Origin: Gammaproteobacteria bacterium
GTDB lineage: Bacteria; Pseudomonadota; Gammaproteobacteria; UBA9214
Length of the DNA stretch: 39,649 bases
Reading direction: 5' to 3'
NCBI GenBank assembly: GCA_029881775.1
Contig: JAOULY010000001.1
Span: forward strand, 1 to 39,649
Part shown: positions 1 to 9,784 of the stretch, in pieces
Numbering within the stretch: position 1 is the stretch's first letter
Layout: the number at the start of each line of letters is the position of its first letter
Notes under the pieces: generated by a model
The model's input: the letters and a program-made list of their open reading frames with translations, nothing else
What the model was told of the DNA's origin: nothing
The model's database searches: none
Made by a program: the position numbers and the translations under genes

Positions 1-135
1 ATCGCGGCAGTTATGGTGTAAATTCTGCAGAAAAGCGTATCCGGGGCGCGATTCGAATTTATTTCCCATATCCATTATATATGTACGGGTACAGGTCGAT
101 ATATTGATAATCAAGAGAGGTAACTAATCCCCGGC

Positions 136-1359
136 ATGTATTGGCTGTCATTCAAAAAGAAGCAGGAAAAACAAGTCACTGGCCTGATTCTGCCGGGCGG
201 CGGGGCGCGTAACGCCTATCAGGCAGGCGTGCTCAAGGCCATTGCCGACATGTTGCCCGAGGATACGGATAACCCGTTCGACGTCATTTGCGGATCATCT
301 TCCGGCGCACTCAATGCCGTACTCCTCGCCAGCTCGGCTACCCGCTTTCGCGAGGGGGTCGACCGCCTCTGGGGGATCTGGGCAAATTTCCATGTCGGCA
401 AGGTATTCAAGGTAGACAACTGGACGGCCATCAAGAGTGCATTTGGCTGGGGCGCAAATTTTCTGCTCGGCGGACTGATCAAGAGCCAGCCTCTTTCGGT
501 ACTGGATAATTCACCCCTGCGTGAATTGCTGGAACGCCATATCCGCTTCGCGCGTATTCAGCAGGCCATCGACTCCGGTGCATTGCGGGCTGTGTCGGTA
601 ACGGCTTCCGGTTACACCAGTGGCCTGTCGGTAACATTTTACCAGGGTATCAATGAACTGGTTCCCTGGCAGCGCACCCGGCGTACCGGTCAGCCGACAG
701 AGCTGACGATCAATCACCTGATGGCGTCATCGGCAATACCGGTGTTGTTTCCAGCCGTCAAGTTGCGCCACGAGTATTACGGTGACGGCTCTATGCGACA
801 AACCGCACCGCTGAGCCCGGCCCTGCATATGGGCGCTAATCGACTGTTGATTATCGGTGTCAGGAATCCCGGCCAGGACGCGCAGCCGGAAGATGATCGC
901 TACGTGAGATATCCTTCATTCGGCCAGATATCCGGCTACATTTTCGATACGTTGTTCATGGATAGTCTCGACGCAGATATTGAGCGTATGCGACGCATCA
1001 ATCATACGATTACCGAGACACGCAGCAAACGGGTTGAGTACAAGGACACGTCATTAAGGCAAATCGATTACCTGGTGATATCCCCCAGCGAGGATGTGCG
1101 GGAGATTGTTGCAAAATACGTGGGGAACTTTCCGCGTTCCGTACGCATTCTGCTTAAAGGGATCGGTGCACTGGCCCGCGAAGGCCGGCCATTGATGAGT
1201 TACCTGATGTTCGACGCGCCGTTCTGCAAGGAACTGATGGAACTTGGTTACCGTGACGGCCTGGCTGCCAGGGAGCAGATATTACACCTGCTTGGTCACG
1301 ATGAATTGCTGGGAGAACAGGACCAGGGGCAGATCACGGCTAAGGTTAGCGGTGACTGA
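136..1359 (+). CDS. patatin-like phospholipase (RssA/YchK type)
   Basis: 407-aa ORF with the three patatin hallmarks: oxyanion hole LPGGGARNAY, nucleophile elbow GSSSG (G-x-S-x-G), and catalytic Asp motif YGDGS. Confidence 0.85.
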   Translation: MYWLSFKKKQEKQVTGLILPGGGARNAYQAGVLKAIADMLPEDTDNPFDVICGSSSGALNAVLLASSATRFREGVDRLWGIWANFHVGKVFKVDNWTAIKSAFGWGANFLLGGLIKSQPLSVLDNSPLRELLERHIRFARIQQAIDSGALRAVSVTASGYTSGLSVTFYQGINELVPWQRTRRTGQPTELTINHLMASSAIPVLFPAVKLRHEYYGDGSMRQTAPLSPALHMGANRLLIIGVRNPGQDAQPEDDRYVRYPSFGQISGYIFDTLFMDSLDADIERMRRINHTITETRSKRVEYKDTSLRQIDYLVISPSEDVREIVAKYVGNFPRSVRILLKGIGALAREGRPLMSYLMFDAPFCKELMELGYRDGLAAREQILHLLGHDELLGEQDQGQITAKVSGD

Positions 1360-1488
1360 GACCCTCGGGATTGCGATTGTCCGTCAAGCTGCTTGTAGCG
1401 CAACGCCGCCAGTCGTGTCATTGATATCCCGGAATCGGCCGTGCGGCCTTTATCCGGACTGCGCAGGTACAGTCGTTAGCTGGTTCAG

Positions 1489-3144
1489 TTAACGGTGCAA
1501 GCGGTCCTGGCGGCGCCAGCGATCGACAATATCATCGACGTCAAGGTCATCCGGTCCGGTTGACCACTTGCGAAAGAAATCCACACTGTTACTGTTTGGC
1601 GGCGGGTCCGGCTTGTAAAGCTGTACCCGGGTCGGTAGTGGTACAGCCAGGCCCATGACCATGGCTTCGCCCTGACCCAGTGATGACAGGATATCGATGA
1701 AATCACGTTCCGCCTCGGGTACCAGGTCGCGGACATAGGCCTGATCGTCAGGGTTGGTCAGGCGCAGGCAAATAAAGGTGTTGCACTGTGCGAGCACGGT
1801 CTCGGATAGATCATGCGGACGCTGGGTCACGACGGCCAGTCCCACACCGTACTTGCGCCCTTCCTTTGCAATACGCTGCATGGTTTGCCGTGTCCCTTCA
1901 AACTGGTCGTTGCTCTCGCGCGGTATATAGGAATGTGCTTCTTCACAAACCAGCAGCAGCGGGAAATCCTTGAACTTCGGATTCCAGTAATTGAACTCGA
2001 ATGCAAGCCGGCCAACCTGCGCGGTTACTACCGGGCGAACATCAAAAGGTACCGAGCTGAGATCAATGATAGTGATCTGTGCCTTGGGTTCGCCCAGGCC
2101 AACGAAGTCTCGAAGCAAGCCTGGCAATGTGTCGGATGAGATCCGGTGTTTCGGGTTTAGCAGAAAATCATAACGCGTGTCTTTCATGCGGCTATGCAGG
2201 CGCATGATGAACTGGTCAAACAGGCCGGCCAGCGGTCCCTTGTCCTTGCCGAAGTTGGTCGAAGACTTGTTGGCTTCGACGAAATAATTGTAGAGATCAG
2301 TCAGGGAAAAATACACCGGTGAGTCGATGGAAATATCACCGATGCCGAGGTCCTTGTTGGCCTTGTTACGCAGTTCATGTACGGTATCGCGCAGGAAGGA
2401 AATCTGTGACGATGCGGAGCTGTCCGAGCGATCAATCAGCATGTCGACCAGCTCGGAGAACGTCATGAGCCAGTAGGGCATTTCCAGGTCACGGGCGTCG
2501 ATGTAACGCGTGGTTTTTTCATCAAACGCGCAGTGGCGCTTGCCGCTGTCGTCTTCCCAGCTGTATTCGCCGTGCAGGTCCAGCAGGACGATATGCGCTT
2601 TTGGCATCTTGCTGACAGCGCGCTGCAGTAAGTTTGTTACCGCCCAGGACTTGCCGGCGCCGGATTGACCGAGGATGGCGAAGTGACGGCCGAACAGTGC
2701 CGCCGGGTCCATGCAGATGTCGATTGATTCATCCATCATGGAATGACCGATAGCGTACCCCTGTGCCCGGAATTTAACGAATATGGATTCGATTTCCTGC
2801 TTGGTCACCATATGCACTTCCGCACCGGTAACCGGGTAGCTTTTCACGCCATTCTGGAATGTTCCGCCGGCGTTTATTTCACCGACCGGTATGAGTTGAA
2901 TGGTCCGTGTAGTACCGGATTCACCGGTGGAAGGCACGGCCTTGATCGAGGAAATGGACGCAAGGATTTTAATCTCGCCCTGGGTGATTGCGACATAACT
3001 GCCGGGCTGTCCTGTCATGTCCACATCGACGCGGCTTGATATGCGGGGGCGCTTGCCATCGCCGGGCTCGACCAGTCTGGCGGTCATGGCGCCGGCCTTG
3101 ACGCTGGTCAGGTGGCCGATCAGGGTTTGAGTGTACGGTGTCAT
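1489..3144 (-). CDS. HerA-like (DUF87-type) P-loop ATPase/helicase
   Basis: 551-aa ORF. It has an N-terminal barrel-like segment, Walker A GQSGAGKS, Walker B-like LLLVCEEAH, and a C-terminal VVTQRPHDLSETVLAQCNTFICLRLTNPDD block typical of HerA/FtsK-class ATPases. It converges on the patatin gene. Confidence 0.75.
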   Translation of the reverse strand: MTPYTQTLIGHLTSVKAGAMTARLVEPGDGKRPRISSRVDVDMTGQPGSYVAITQGEIKILASISSIKAVPSTGESGTTRTIQLIPVGEINAGGTFQNGVKSYPVTGAEVHMVTKQEIESIFVKFRAQGYAIGHSMMDESIDICMDPAALFGRHFAILGQSGAGKSWAVTNLLQRAVSKMPKAHIVLLDLHGEYSWEDDSGKRHCAFDEKTTRYIDARDLEMPYWLMTFSELVDMLIDRSDSSASSQISFLRDTVHELRNKANKDLGIGDISIDSPVYFSLTDLYNYFVEANKSSTNFGKDKGPLAGLFDQFIMRLHSRMKDTRYDFLLNPKHRISSDTLPGLLRDFVGLGEPKAQITIIDLSSVPFDVRPVVTAQVGRLAFEFNYWNPKFKDFPLLLVCEEAHSYIPRESNDQFEGTRQTMQRIAKEGRKYGVGLAVVTQRPHDLSETVLAQCNTFICLRLTNPDDQAYVRDLVPEAERDFIDILSSLGQGEAMVMGLAVPLPTRVQLYKPDPPPNSNSVDFFRKWSTGPDDLDVDDIVDRWRRQDRLHR

Positions 3145-3427
3145 TGCCGGTTGTCCCTCTGGGTGGTCAGTTCGGGTTCTGGCGCGTGATATCCGCAGTT
3201 ACGTTGACAGGTAACGCAGTAATGTCACGGCTAACTCTAGCATATAGCGGCATTTCAACCTTTATATTGAGGTTGTGCAGGAATGTGCTGAACCGTTTTC
3301 ACCAGCTGCTGTTGCCATGCTCGGCGTGAGAGTGCTTGCCGCCGTGTTTGCGCGCATATCCGGTTGATAATAAAAATAAATAGCTGTACTTGCACAGTCT
3401 TTTTCAGGTGGCGAAGCGGGTTTTCTT

Positions 3428-3679
3428 TTATGGGAAATACCTGAGGTCGCAATTCAGGGCGCAGGTCCACGGCAGTCCCGTTCCATCACGCCATTCACAG
3501 GAGTTTGTTCCAGCTTGCACCGCTTCGGTCATTTCGCCCTCGTAGCCGTTAACCAGGCTGCAGTCCTGGTGGTGTGCTTGCGGGAGCGCAGGTAAGGATG
3601 ACTGAGCCATATTCCTGTTGTCACCAGGTTCAAACCTGTCGACATGTGTCTTCCATGCAGCCCCGGATAAACTGGCCAA
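3428..3679 (-). pseudogene. degenerate remnant of a rhodanese C-terminal half
   Basis: The 83-aa ORF ends ...VNGYEGE..(19 aa)..GLPWTCALNCDLRYFP. This parallels the C-terminus of the rhodanese at 9785-10390 (...VDGYEGD..(20 aa)..GLPWTYSLDRDLMYFPE). The two share DNA patches (gggaaatac, aggtcgc, ggtccacgg, gccctcgta). The position aligned with the catalytic loop CRSGKRS has no Cys, and no N-terminal half is present. Confidence 0.35.
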
Positions 3680-3784
3680 CTTGCAACTGAATGCAAAATT
3701 GCGCGACTATGGTTGCTGCCTGCAACCGTTTACGTGTAAATCACCACCGGAGTCCCGGTTTATTTTCAAGCCGACAAAGTCGAG

Positions 3785-5935
3785 ATGAACAACAGTAAGC
3801 CCCGGAAGTACCTGCTCCTCATCAGCGTTCACGGCCTCATTCGAGGCAATAACCTGGAACTTGGCCGTGATGCCGATACCGGCGGACAGATCAAATACGT
3901 CGTTGATCTTGCCCGCGCGCTGGCCGAGCGGGATGACGTTGACCAGATCGACCTGGTTACGCGCAGGGTGATCGATCCTGCTGTCAGTGAGGACTACCGG
4001 GCGGCAGTGGAAAAACTCTCGGACAAGGTGAATATCATCCGCATCAATGCAGGGCCACCGGAATACCTGCCGAAGGAGCAACTCTGGGACCATCTCGACA
4101 GTTTCACCGACAATCTCGTCAACTGGCTGAAGGAACGGCCGCGCATGCCCGATTTTGTGCACAGCCACTATGCCGATGCCGGTTATGTCGGTGTGCGGCT
4201 GTCAAACCTGCTCGGGGTTCCGCTGATTCATACCGGCCATTCACTTGGTCGCGACAAGCGCAAACGGCTGCTCGCGCGCGGTCTGTCGCGTCAGGATATC
4301 GAATCAACCTACAATATCGAGCGTCGCATTGATGCTGAAGAGGAGATTCTCGCCAATGCTGACCTCGTGATTACCAGCACACATAACGAGATCGAGCAGC
4401 AATACGGTTTGTACAACTACTACGACCCGGCACGTATGACAGTCATTCCGCCCGGTACCGACCTGTTGCAGTTTCATCCACCGCAGGAAGACGAATCATT
4501 CGGTTTCCGTGCACAGGTGGACCGATTCCTGACCGATACCAGGAAACCGCTGGTTCTTGCATTGTCACGCCCCGATGAACGCAAGAACATCCTGACGCTG
4601 ATTGAGGCGTTTGGTGAGTCACAGGCGTTACGCCATGCCGCCAATCTGCTTGTCGTGGCCGGCAGTCGCGATGACATCCGCGACATGGAGAATGGCGCGC
4701 AGTCCGTCTTGACCAATATCCTGCTGCTGATTGATGCCTACGACCTTTACGGTCGCGTCGCGCTGCCGAAGAGCCACCGCGCCAGTGATGTACCTGAAAT
4801 ATACCGCCTGGTTGCGGCCAGTAAGGGTGTTTTCATCAATCCTGCGCTCACTGAACCGTTCGGGCTGACGCTGCTGGAAGCAGCCGCGAGCGGCCTGCCA
4901 ATCGTTGCTACCGAGAACGGTGGACCGGTCGACATCATTGCCAACTGCAACAATGGTGTACTTATTGACCCGCTGGACCATGAGGCCATCAGCGAGGCCC
5001 TGCTCAAGCTGATCCGCGACGATGAGGCGTGGAACACAGCATCACGCAACGGACTCGAAGGGGTGCGCAAGCACTATGCCTGGGAGGCGCATGCCATTGC
5101 CTATCTCGGCAAGATTGACACGCTGAGCGGAAAATACGAGCCGCTGCCGAGTGAGCGTGCTGCCGCACGCACGATCCGTTACCGTGACCGTGCGATTTTC
5201 ACTGATCTTGACCAGAACCTGATCGGCAACCCGGCTGCGCTTAAACAGTTTATTTCAACGATGCGCGAAAATCGCAAGTGCGTCACATTCGGTATCGCCA
5301 CCGGCCGGCGGATCGATTCTGCACTGGCGCTGATGAAGAAGCAGGGTATTCCGGCGCCGGATGTCCTGATCAGCAGCCTGGGTGCACGTATCCACTATGG
5401 CCATGCCCTCACCGAGGACAATTACTGGGCCGACCACATTGACCACCACTGGAATCCACAACAAATCCGCCGCGTTCTGAGCAGTCTGCCCGGTCTCAAG
5501 TTGCAGCCGAAAAAAGAGCAGACGCCGTTCAAGCTGTCGTATTTCTACGATCCACGCACGGCGCCGTCAGTCGACGAGATTGTCAAGATGATCCGCCAGG
5601 AGGAGCTTACAGCAAATGTGTTCAGTTCATTCGGGCAGTTCCTGGATATTGTGCCATCGCGCGCTTCGAAGGGGCAGGCGCTGCGCTATGTCGCGCAACG
5701 TCTCGATATGCCGGTCGAACAGATTCTGGCGGTTGGTGGTTCCGGTGCCGATGAAGACATGATGCGTGGTAACACGCTGGCAGTCGTGGTCGCCAATCGC
5801 CATCACGAAGAACTGTCACAACTGGTCGAACAGGACCGTATCTACTTTGCATCGCAGCCGCACGCGCTCGGTATTCTCGAAGCCATCGACCACTACGACT
5901 TTTTCGGCAGCTGCAATGTGCCGAAACCACAATGA
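3785..5935 (+). CDS. sps: sucrose-phosphate synthase (GT-B glycosyltransferase with C-terminal SPP-like HAD domain)
   Basis: 716 aa. N-terminus LLISVHGLIRG..ELGRDADTGGQ.KYV and the EPFGLTLLEAAASGLP motif are typical of SPS. The C-terminal roughly 250 aa is HAD-like (FTDLDQNL, GGSGADEDM). Confidence 0.9.
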   Translation: MNNSKPRKYLLLISVHGLIRGNNLELGRDADTGGQIKYVVDLARALAERDDVDQIDLVTRRVIDPAVSEDYRAAVEKLSDKVNIIRINAGPPEYLPKEQLWDHLDSFTDNLVNWLKERPRMPDFVHSHYADAGYVGVRLSNLLGVPLIHTGHSLGRDKRKRLLARGLSRQDIESTYNIERRIDAEEEILANADLVITSTHNEIEQQYGLYNYYDPARMTVIPPGTDLLQFHPPQEDESFGFRAQVDRFLTDTRKPLVLALSRPDERKNILTLIEAFGESQALRHAANLLVVAGSRDDIRDMENGAQSVLTNILLLIDAYDLYGRVALPKSHRASDVPEIYRLVAASKGVFINPALTEPFGLTLLEAAASGLPIVATENGGPVDIIANCNNGVLIDPLDHEAISEALLKLIRDDEAWNTASRNGLEGVRKHYAWEAHAIAYLGKIDTLSGKYEPLPSERAAARTIRYRDRAIFTDLDQNLIGNPAALKQFISTMRENRKCVTFGIATGRRIDSALALMKKQGIPAPDVLISSLGARIHYGHALTEDNYWADHIDHHWNPQQIRRVLSSLPGLKLQPKKEQTPFKLSYFYDPRTAPSVDEIVKMIRQEELTANVFSSFGQFLDIVPSRASKGQALRYVAQRLDMPVEQILAVGGSGADEDMMRGNTLAVVVANRHHEELSQLVEQDRIYFASQPHALGILEAIDHYDFFGSCNVPKPQ

Positions 5936-6795
5936 CGCAAAACCTGCTGATCTGTACCGACCTCGATCGCACCCTGCTTCCCAATGGACAGCAGCCGGAA
6001 TCCGGCAATGCACGCGAATACTTCCAGACGCTATGTCAGCGCCCGGAAGTCACTCTCGTCTTCGTCACCGGTCGACACCGCATATTGATTGAACAGGCAA
6101 TTGCGGATTATTGCCTGCCGGTACCTGACTATGCGATTGCCAATGTCGGTACGACCATCTACCGCGTCGGCCAGGAACACCTGTGGCAGCGCCAGACCGC
6201 CTGGGATGATGAGATTGCAGCTGACTGGGGGAAGCATACGCACAGTGACATCCTGTCGATGCTCAGTGACGTAGCTTCCCTGCGACTGCAGGAAAGCAAC
6301 AAGCAGGACAGGCACAAGCTCAGTTATTATGTGCCACTGCACAGTGACCGCGAGGCGCTTTCATCGATCATCGCGGAACGCCTGGTTGAGCAGCAGGTCA
6401 GCGCGCGCCTGATCTGGAGTGACGACGAACCTGCCGGTATTGGCCTGCTCGATGTGACGCCGCGCCGATCTTCCAAGTATCACGCGATCAAGGCGTTAAT
6501 GCGGGAGCTTGGTATGTCTGAGACACAAATCGTGTTTGCCGGCGACAGTGGTAACGACCTCGAGGTCATGGTCAGCGACATACCCTCGGTGCTGGTTGCC
6601 AACAGTCAGCCGCAGATCCGGGAACAGTCGATCCGGCAGGCTGCCGAGTCAGGTCACAGTGATAAACTTTACATCGCCAAAGGGGGGTTCAAGGGCATGA
6701 ACGGCAACTACGCAGCGGGCATCCTGGAAGGCATTGCGCACTACCACCCGGATATCATCGAATGGATGGGCCTCGCCGCAGGTTCTCATGAATAG
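5932..6795 (+). CDS. spp: sucrose-phosphate phosphatase (HAD-IIB)
   Basis: 287 aa. HAD motif I is CTDLDRTLL and motif IV is AGDSGNDLEV. The start overlaps the sps stop (ATGA), which indicates translational coupling. Confidence 0.85.
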   Translation: MTQNLLICTDLDRTLLPNGQQPESGNAREYFQTLCQRPEVTLVFVTGRHRILIEQAIADYCLPVPDYAIANVGTTIYRVGQEHLWQRQTAWDDEIAADWGKHTHSDILSMLSDVASLRLQESNKQDRHKLSYYVPLHSDREALSSIIAERLVEQQVSARLIWSDDEPAGIGLLDVTPRRSSKYHAIKALMRELGMSETQIVFAGDSGNDLEVMVSDIPSVLVANSQPQIREQSIRQAAESGHSDKLYIAKGGFKGMNGNYAAGILEGIAHYHPDIIEWMGLAAGSHE

Positions 6796-7672
6796 CAGTC
6801 GACCCTGTATCTTCGGTGAAGTCCTGTACGATCACTTCCCGGACGGCTCACGCGTGCTCGGTGGGGCGCCTTTCAATGTTGCCTGGCATCTGCAAGCGTT
6901 CGGACTGGCGCCACGCTTCATCAGTCGCGTCGGTGACGACGCCGAAGGCCGGCAGATACGCGCGGCGATGCAGTCCTTTGGTATGGAGACCGATGCCCTG
7001 CAGACCGACCCGGATCTGCCCACCGGACTGGTCAGTGTCGAGTTGCAGGACAATGAACCCAGCTATGACATCGTTTACCCTGCTGCCTATGATGCTATTG
7101 ACAGCTGTCACGCAGGCGACGGCTGCGGACTGCTCTACCACGGCAGCCTGGCAACGCGCGGCAGCACGTCGAGACAGGCACTGCGCGAGCTGATCGACGC
7201 CGAAGCACGCATGGTGTTCCTTGACGTGAATCTGCGCCCGCCATGGTGGCAGCTCGAACAGATTCTTGATCTGCTGAAATCCGCCGACTGGTTGAAAGTC
7301 AACGATGACGAGCTGCGTGCATTGCACCCGGCATGCCAGTCGGTCGACGACGGTGTTGCCCAACTGATCGGTACCTACGATCTGCAAGGCGTTGTGGTCA
7401 CGCACGGTGCAGCCGGAGCTTCGATGTACACCCGGGAAGGTAAATCCGGTACAGTGAAGCCCGGGGGAGGTGACGCCGTCGTCGATACCGTTGGTGCCGG
7501 CGATGCATTTTCTTCGGTGCTGATACTGGGCCTGATACGCCAGTGGCCATCGGCACTTATATTACAGCGTGCGCAGGCCTTCGCGTCGCGCATTGTTGCC
7601 AACCGCGGTGCATTAATGACCGATATTTCATCTTATCAGCCCTTCGTCGATGACTGGAAGCTGACCAACTGA
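6788..7672 (+). CDS. fructokinase (PfkB-family sugar kinase)
   Basis: PfkB signatures FGEVLYDHFPDG..LGGAPFNVA and DTVGAGDAF. I moved the start from the track's 6734 to ATG 6788 (MNSSRPCIFGE...), which overlaps the spp stop by 8 nt. Confidence 0.8.
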   Translation: MNSSRPCIFGEVLYDHFPDGSRVLGGAPFNVAWHLQAFGLAPRFISRVGDDAEGRQIRAAMQSFGMETDALQTDPDLPTGLVSVELQDNEPSYDIVYPAAYDAIDSCHAGDGCGLLYHGSLATRGSTSRQALRELIDAEARMVFLDVNLRPPWWQLEQILDLLKSADWLKVNDDELRALHPACQSVDDGVAQLIGTYDLQGVVVTHGAAGASMYTREGKSGTVKPGGGDAVVDTVGAGDAFSSVLILGLIRQWPSALILQRAQAFASRIVANRGALMTDISSYQPFVDDWKLTN

Positions 7673-7687
7673 GTTCTTATTAACGCT

Positions 7688-9649
7688 ATGTACGAACAGG
7701 TTTCTCACTCGCTGCTCAACCAGATACTCGATGAGCTTAAACCCGATATTCGCAAACGCGATCTGCGCCACTTCTACACGCGGCTCGGCGCAAATTTCTA
7801 TGCAATTTATTCGCTGTTTCACAATCTTTACGGCAAGCGTGATGACTTTGTCGCCCAGATGGTGCGCCTGGTTGAGGTCATGGCAACGCAGTACATCAAC
7901 CGTGCCAACGAACTGAAGAAGATCGACATCGAGCGTGAACAACATCACGACTGGTTTCTGAGCCAGGAGTGGGTTGGCATGGCGCTGTATGCGGACGGCT
8001 TTAACGGCAACATCGAAGGTCTGCGCGACAGAATAGGTTATTTGCAGGAACTCGGTATCAATATGCTGCACGTCATGCCGATTCTCGAGTGTCCCAGGGG
8101 TGCCAGTGACGGCGGCTATGCCGTCAGCGACTTCCGTAACGTGGACGACCGGATCGGCACGCTGGATGACGTGCGCCAGCTGGGTGCCGACATGCGTCGG
8201 CGCAACATGCTCCTGACTCTCGATGTGGTGGTCAATCACACATCCGACGAGCACGCATGGGCGCAACAGGCGCGCCAGGGCAGCAGGAAATACCAGGACT
8301 ACTACTACATATTTGACGACCGCTACGTGCCGGACATGTTTGAAGCAACCATGCCCGAGACCTTCCCGGAGACATCTCCCGGCAACTTCACCTATGACGA
8401 CGAGATGCAGAAATGGGTCATGACGGTGTTCAATAGCTACCAGTGGGACCTGAACTACAGCAACCCTGCCGTGTTTATAGAGATGCTTGATATCATCCTG
8501 TTCTGGGCCAACCAGGGTGCAGACATCGTGCGTCTGGATGCCGTGGCATTTCTGTGGAAAAAGATCGGTACGACCTGCCAGAACGAGCGCGAGGCACACC
8601 TCATCCTGCAGCTGATGAAAGACTGCAGCCAGGTGACTGCACCGGGGGTGCTGTTCATCGCCGAGGCAATTGTCGCGCCGGTCGAGATTATCAAGTACTT
8701 CGGCGAGGATGCGGTGATCGCCAAGGAATGCGAGATCGCCTACAACGCCACCTACATGGCCCTGCTGTGGGAGGCCGTTGCAACAAAGAACACCAAGCTG
8801 CTGAACCAGAGTATCCAGAGCCTGCCTGACAAGCTTGATCGTGCAACCTGGCTGAATTATGTGCGCTGCCACGACGACATCGGTCTCGGTTTCGACGATG
8901 CGGATATCGTGCGTTGCGGCTATGAGCCACAAGCACACCGACGTTTCCTGGTCGACTATTTCACCGGCGTGTATGACGATTCGCATGCGCGAGGCCAGCC
9001 GTTTGGCCGAAACGAGAAAACCGGGGACGCGCGGATATCGGGTTCGCTGGCCTCGCTTGCAGGTCTTGAGTACGCGCTGGAATCCGGCGACGAAACAGCG
9101 ATCGATGAGAGCATCGATGCCATCCTGCTGCTGCATGGCATGATCATGTCATTCGGCGGCATTCCGTTGCTGTACTATGGTGATGAAATAGGCACCTTGA
9201 ACGACAGCACGTTTCAGTTTGACGAGACCAAGGCAAATGACAACCGGTGGATGCACCGCCCTGGCATTGACTGGTCAAAGGCCGAGCAGCGCCGTCGCCA
9301 TGGTACTGTGGAACAGCGCATCTTCGATGGCCTGAAGCGCATGATCGCAGTACGAAAAAGCACGCCGGCCTTTGCCGACTATAACAATCGTGCCCTGATC
9401 GACACAGACAATACACATCTGTTTGTTTTCATCCGCAACAACCCGTCTGTGCCCAACGACAGAGTGCTGGTCGTTGCCAATTTCGATGGATCACCACAAT
9501 CACTGACGATCAGCGATCTGGGTAATCGTGGATATTTCGAATACGGTCAGTTGCGCGATCTCTATTCGGGCGAGGCGCCGCGTCAGTACAAGGACCAGCT
9601 GGTCGTACCGCCTTACCGTTTCTACTGGCTCACGGATTCAGGCCTGTAA
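7688..9649 (+). CDS. ams: amylosucrase (GH13 sucrose glucosyltransferase)
   Basis: 653 aa. GH13 regions I-IV are present: DVVVNHTSDEH, GADIVRLDAVAFLWK, FIAEAIV, YVRCHDDIG. It also has the N-terminal helical extension characteristic of amylosucrases. Confidence 0.85.
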   Translation: MYEQVSHSLLNQILDELKPDIRKRDLRHFYTRLGANFYAIYSLFHNLYGKRDDFVAQMVRLVEVMATQYINRANELKKIDIEREQHHDWFLSQEWVGMALYADGFNGNIEGLRDRIGYLQELGINMLHVMPILECPRGASDGGYAVSDFRNVDDRIGTLDDVRQLGADMRRRNMLLTLDVVVNHTSDEHAWAQQARQGSRKYQDYYYIFDDRYVPDMFEATMPETFPETSPGNFTYDDEMQKWVMTVFNSYQWDLNYSNPAVFIEMLDIILFWANQGADIVRLDAVAFLWKKIGTTCQNEREAHLILQLMKDCSQVTAPGVLFIAEAIVAPVEIIKYFGEDAVIAKECEIAYNATYMALLWEAVATKNTKLLNQSIQSLPDKLDRATWLNYVRCHDDIGLGFDDADIVRCGYEPQAHRRFLVDYFTGVYDDSHARGQPFGRNEKTGDARISGSLASLAGLEYALESGDETAIDESIDAILLLHGMIMSFGGIPLLYYGDEIGTLNDSTFQFDETKANDNRWMHRPGIDWSKAEQRRRHGTVEQRIFDGLKRMIAVRKSTPAFADYNNRALIDTDNTHLFVFIRNNPSVPNDRVLVVANFDGSPQSLTISDLGNRGYFEYGQLRDLYSGEAPRQYKDQLVVPPYRFYWLTDSGL

Positions 9650-9727
9650 GTACAAAAGCGGGCGGGACAGATCTGGCTACCCGTCCGGCCAGTCGCCGAA
9701 ATGTTGATGGCCTCGTCAGTGGCCCGT

Positions 9728-9760
9728 CCGTATGGGCAAAAAAAAGGGCTGCACATGTGC
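9728..9760. terminator. bidirectional rho-independent terminator between convergent amylosucrase and rhodanese genes
   Basis: Perfect 20-nt palindrome GGGCTGCACATGTGCAGCCC at 9736-9755. It is preceded by A8 and followed by TTT. Confidence 0.7.
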
Positions 9761-9784
9761 AGCCCTTTCGAGAGTTGAACCAGC

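Noticed and set aside
136-3144. Patatin lipase plus HerA-like ATPase as a two-gene anti-phage defence module
   Set aside because: The genes are convergent, not co-transcribed. No Sir2, nuclease or sensor partner and no mobile-element context are present. I cannot support a functional link from sequence alone.
3610-3640. GGTTCAAACC T-loop-like motif suggesting a tRNA
   Set aside because: I could not fold an acceptor stem, anticodon arm or D-arm around it. It lies inside the rhodanese-remnant ORF.
3707-4168. 153-aa minus-strand ORF
   Set aside because: It overlaps the 5' end of sps in antisense, and the sps N-terminus is unmistakable.
7628-9136. 502-aa ORF on the minus strand
   Set aside because: It lies entirely antisense to the amylosucrase gene, which has all four GH13 signature regions. 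The translation is a Val/His/Gln/Arg-rich mirror-frame product with no motifs, a typical shadow ORF in GC-rich coding DNA.
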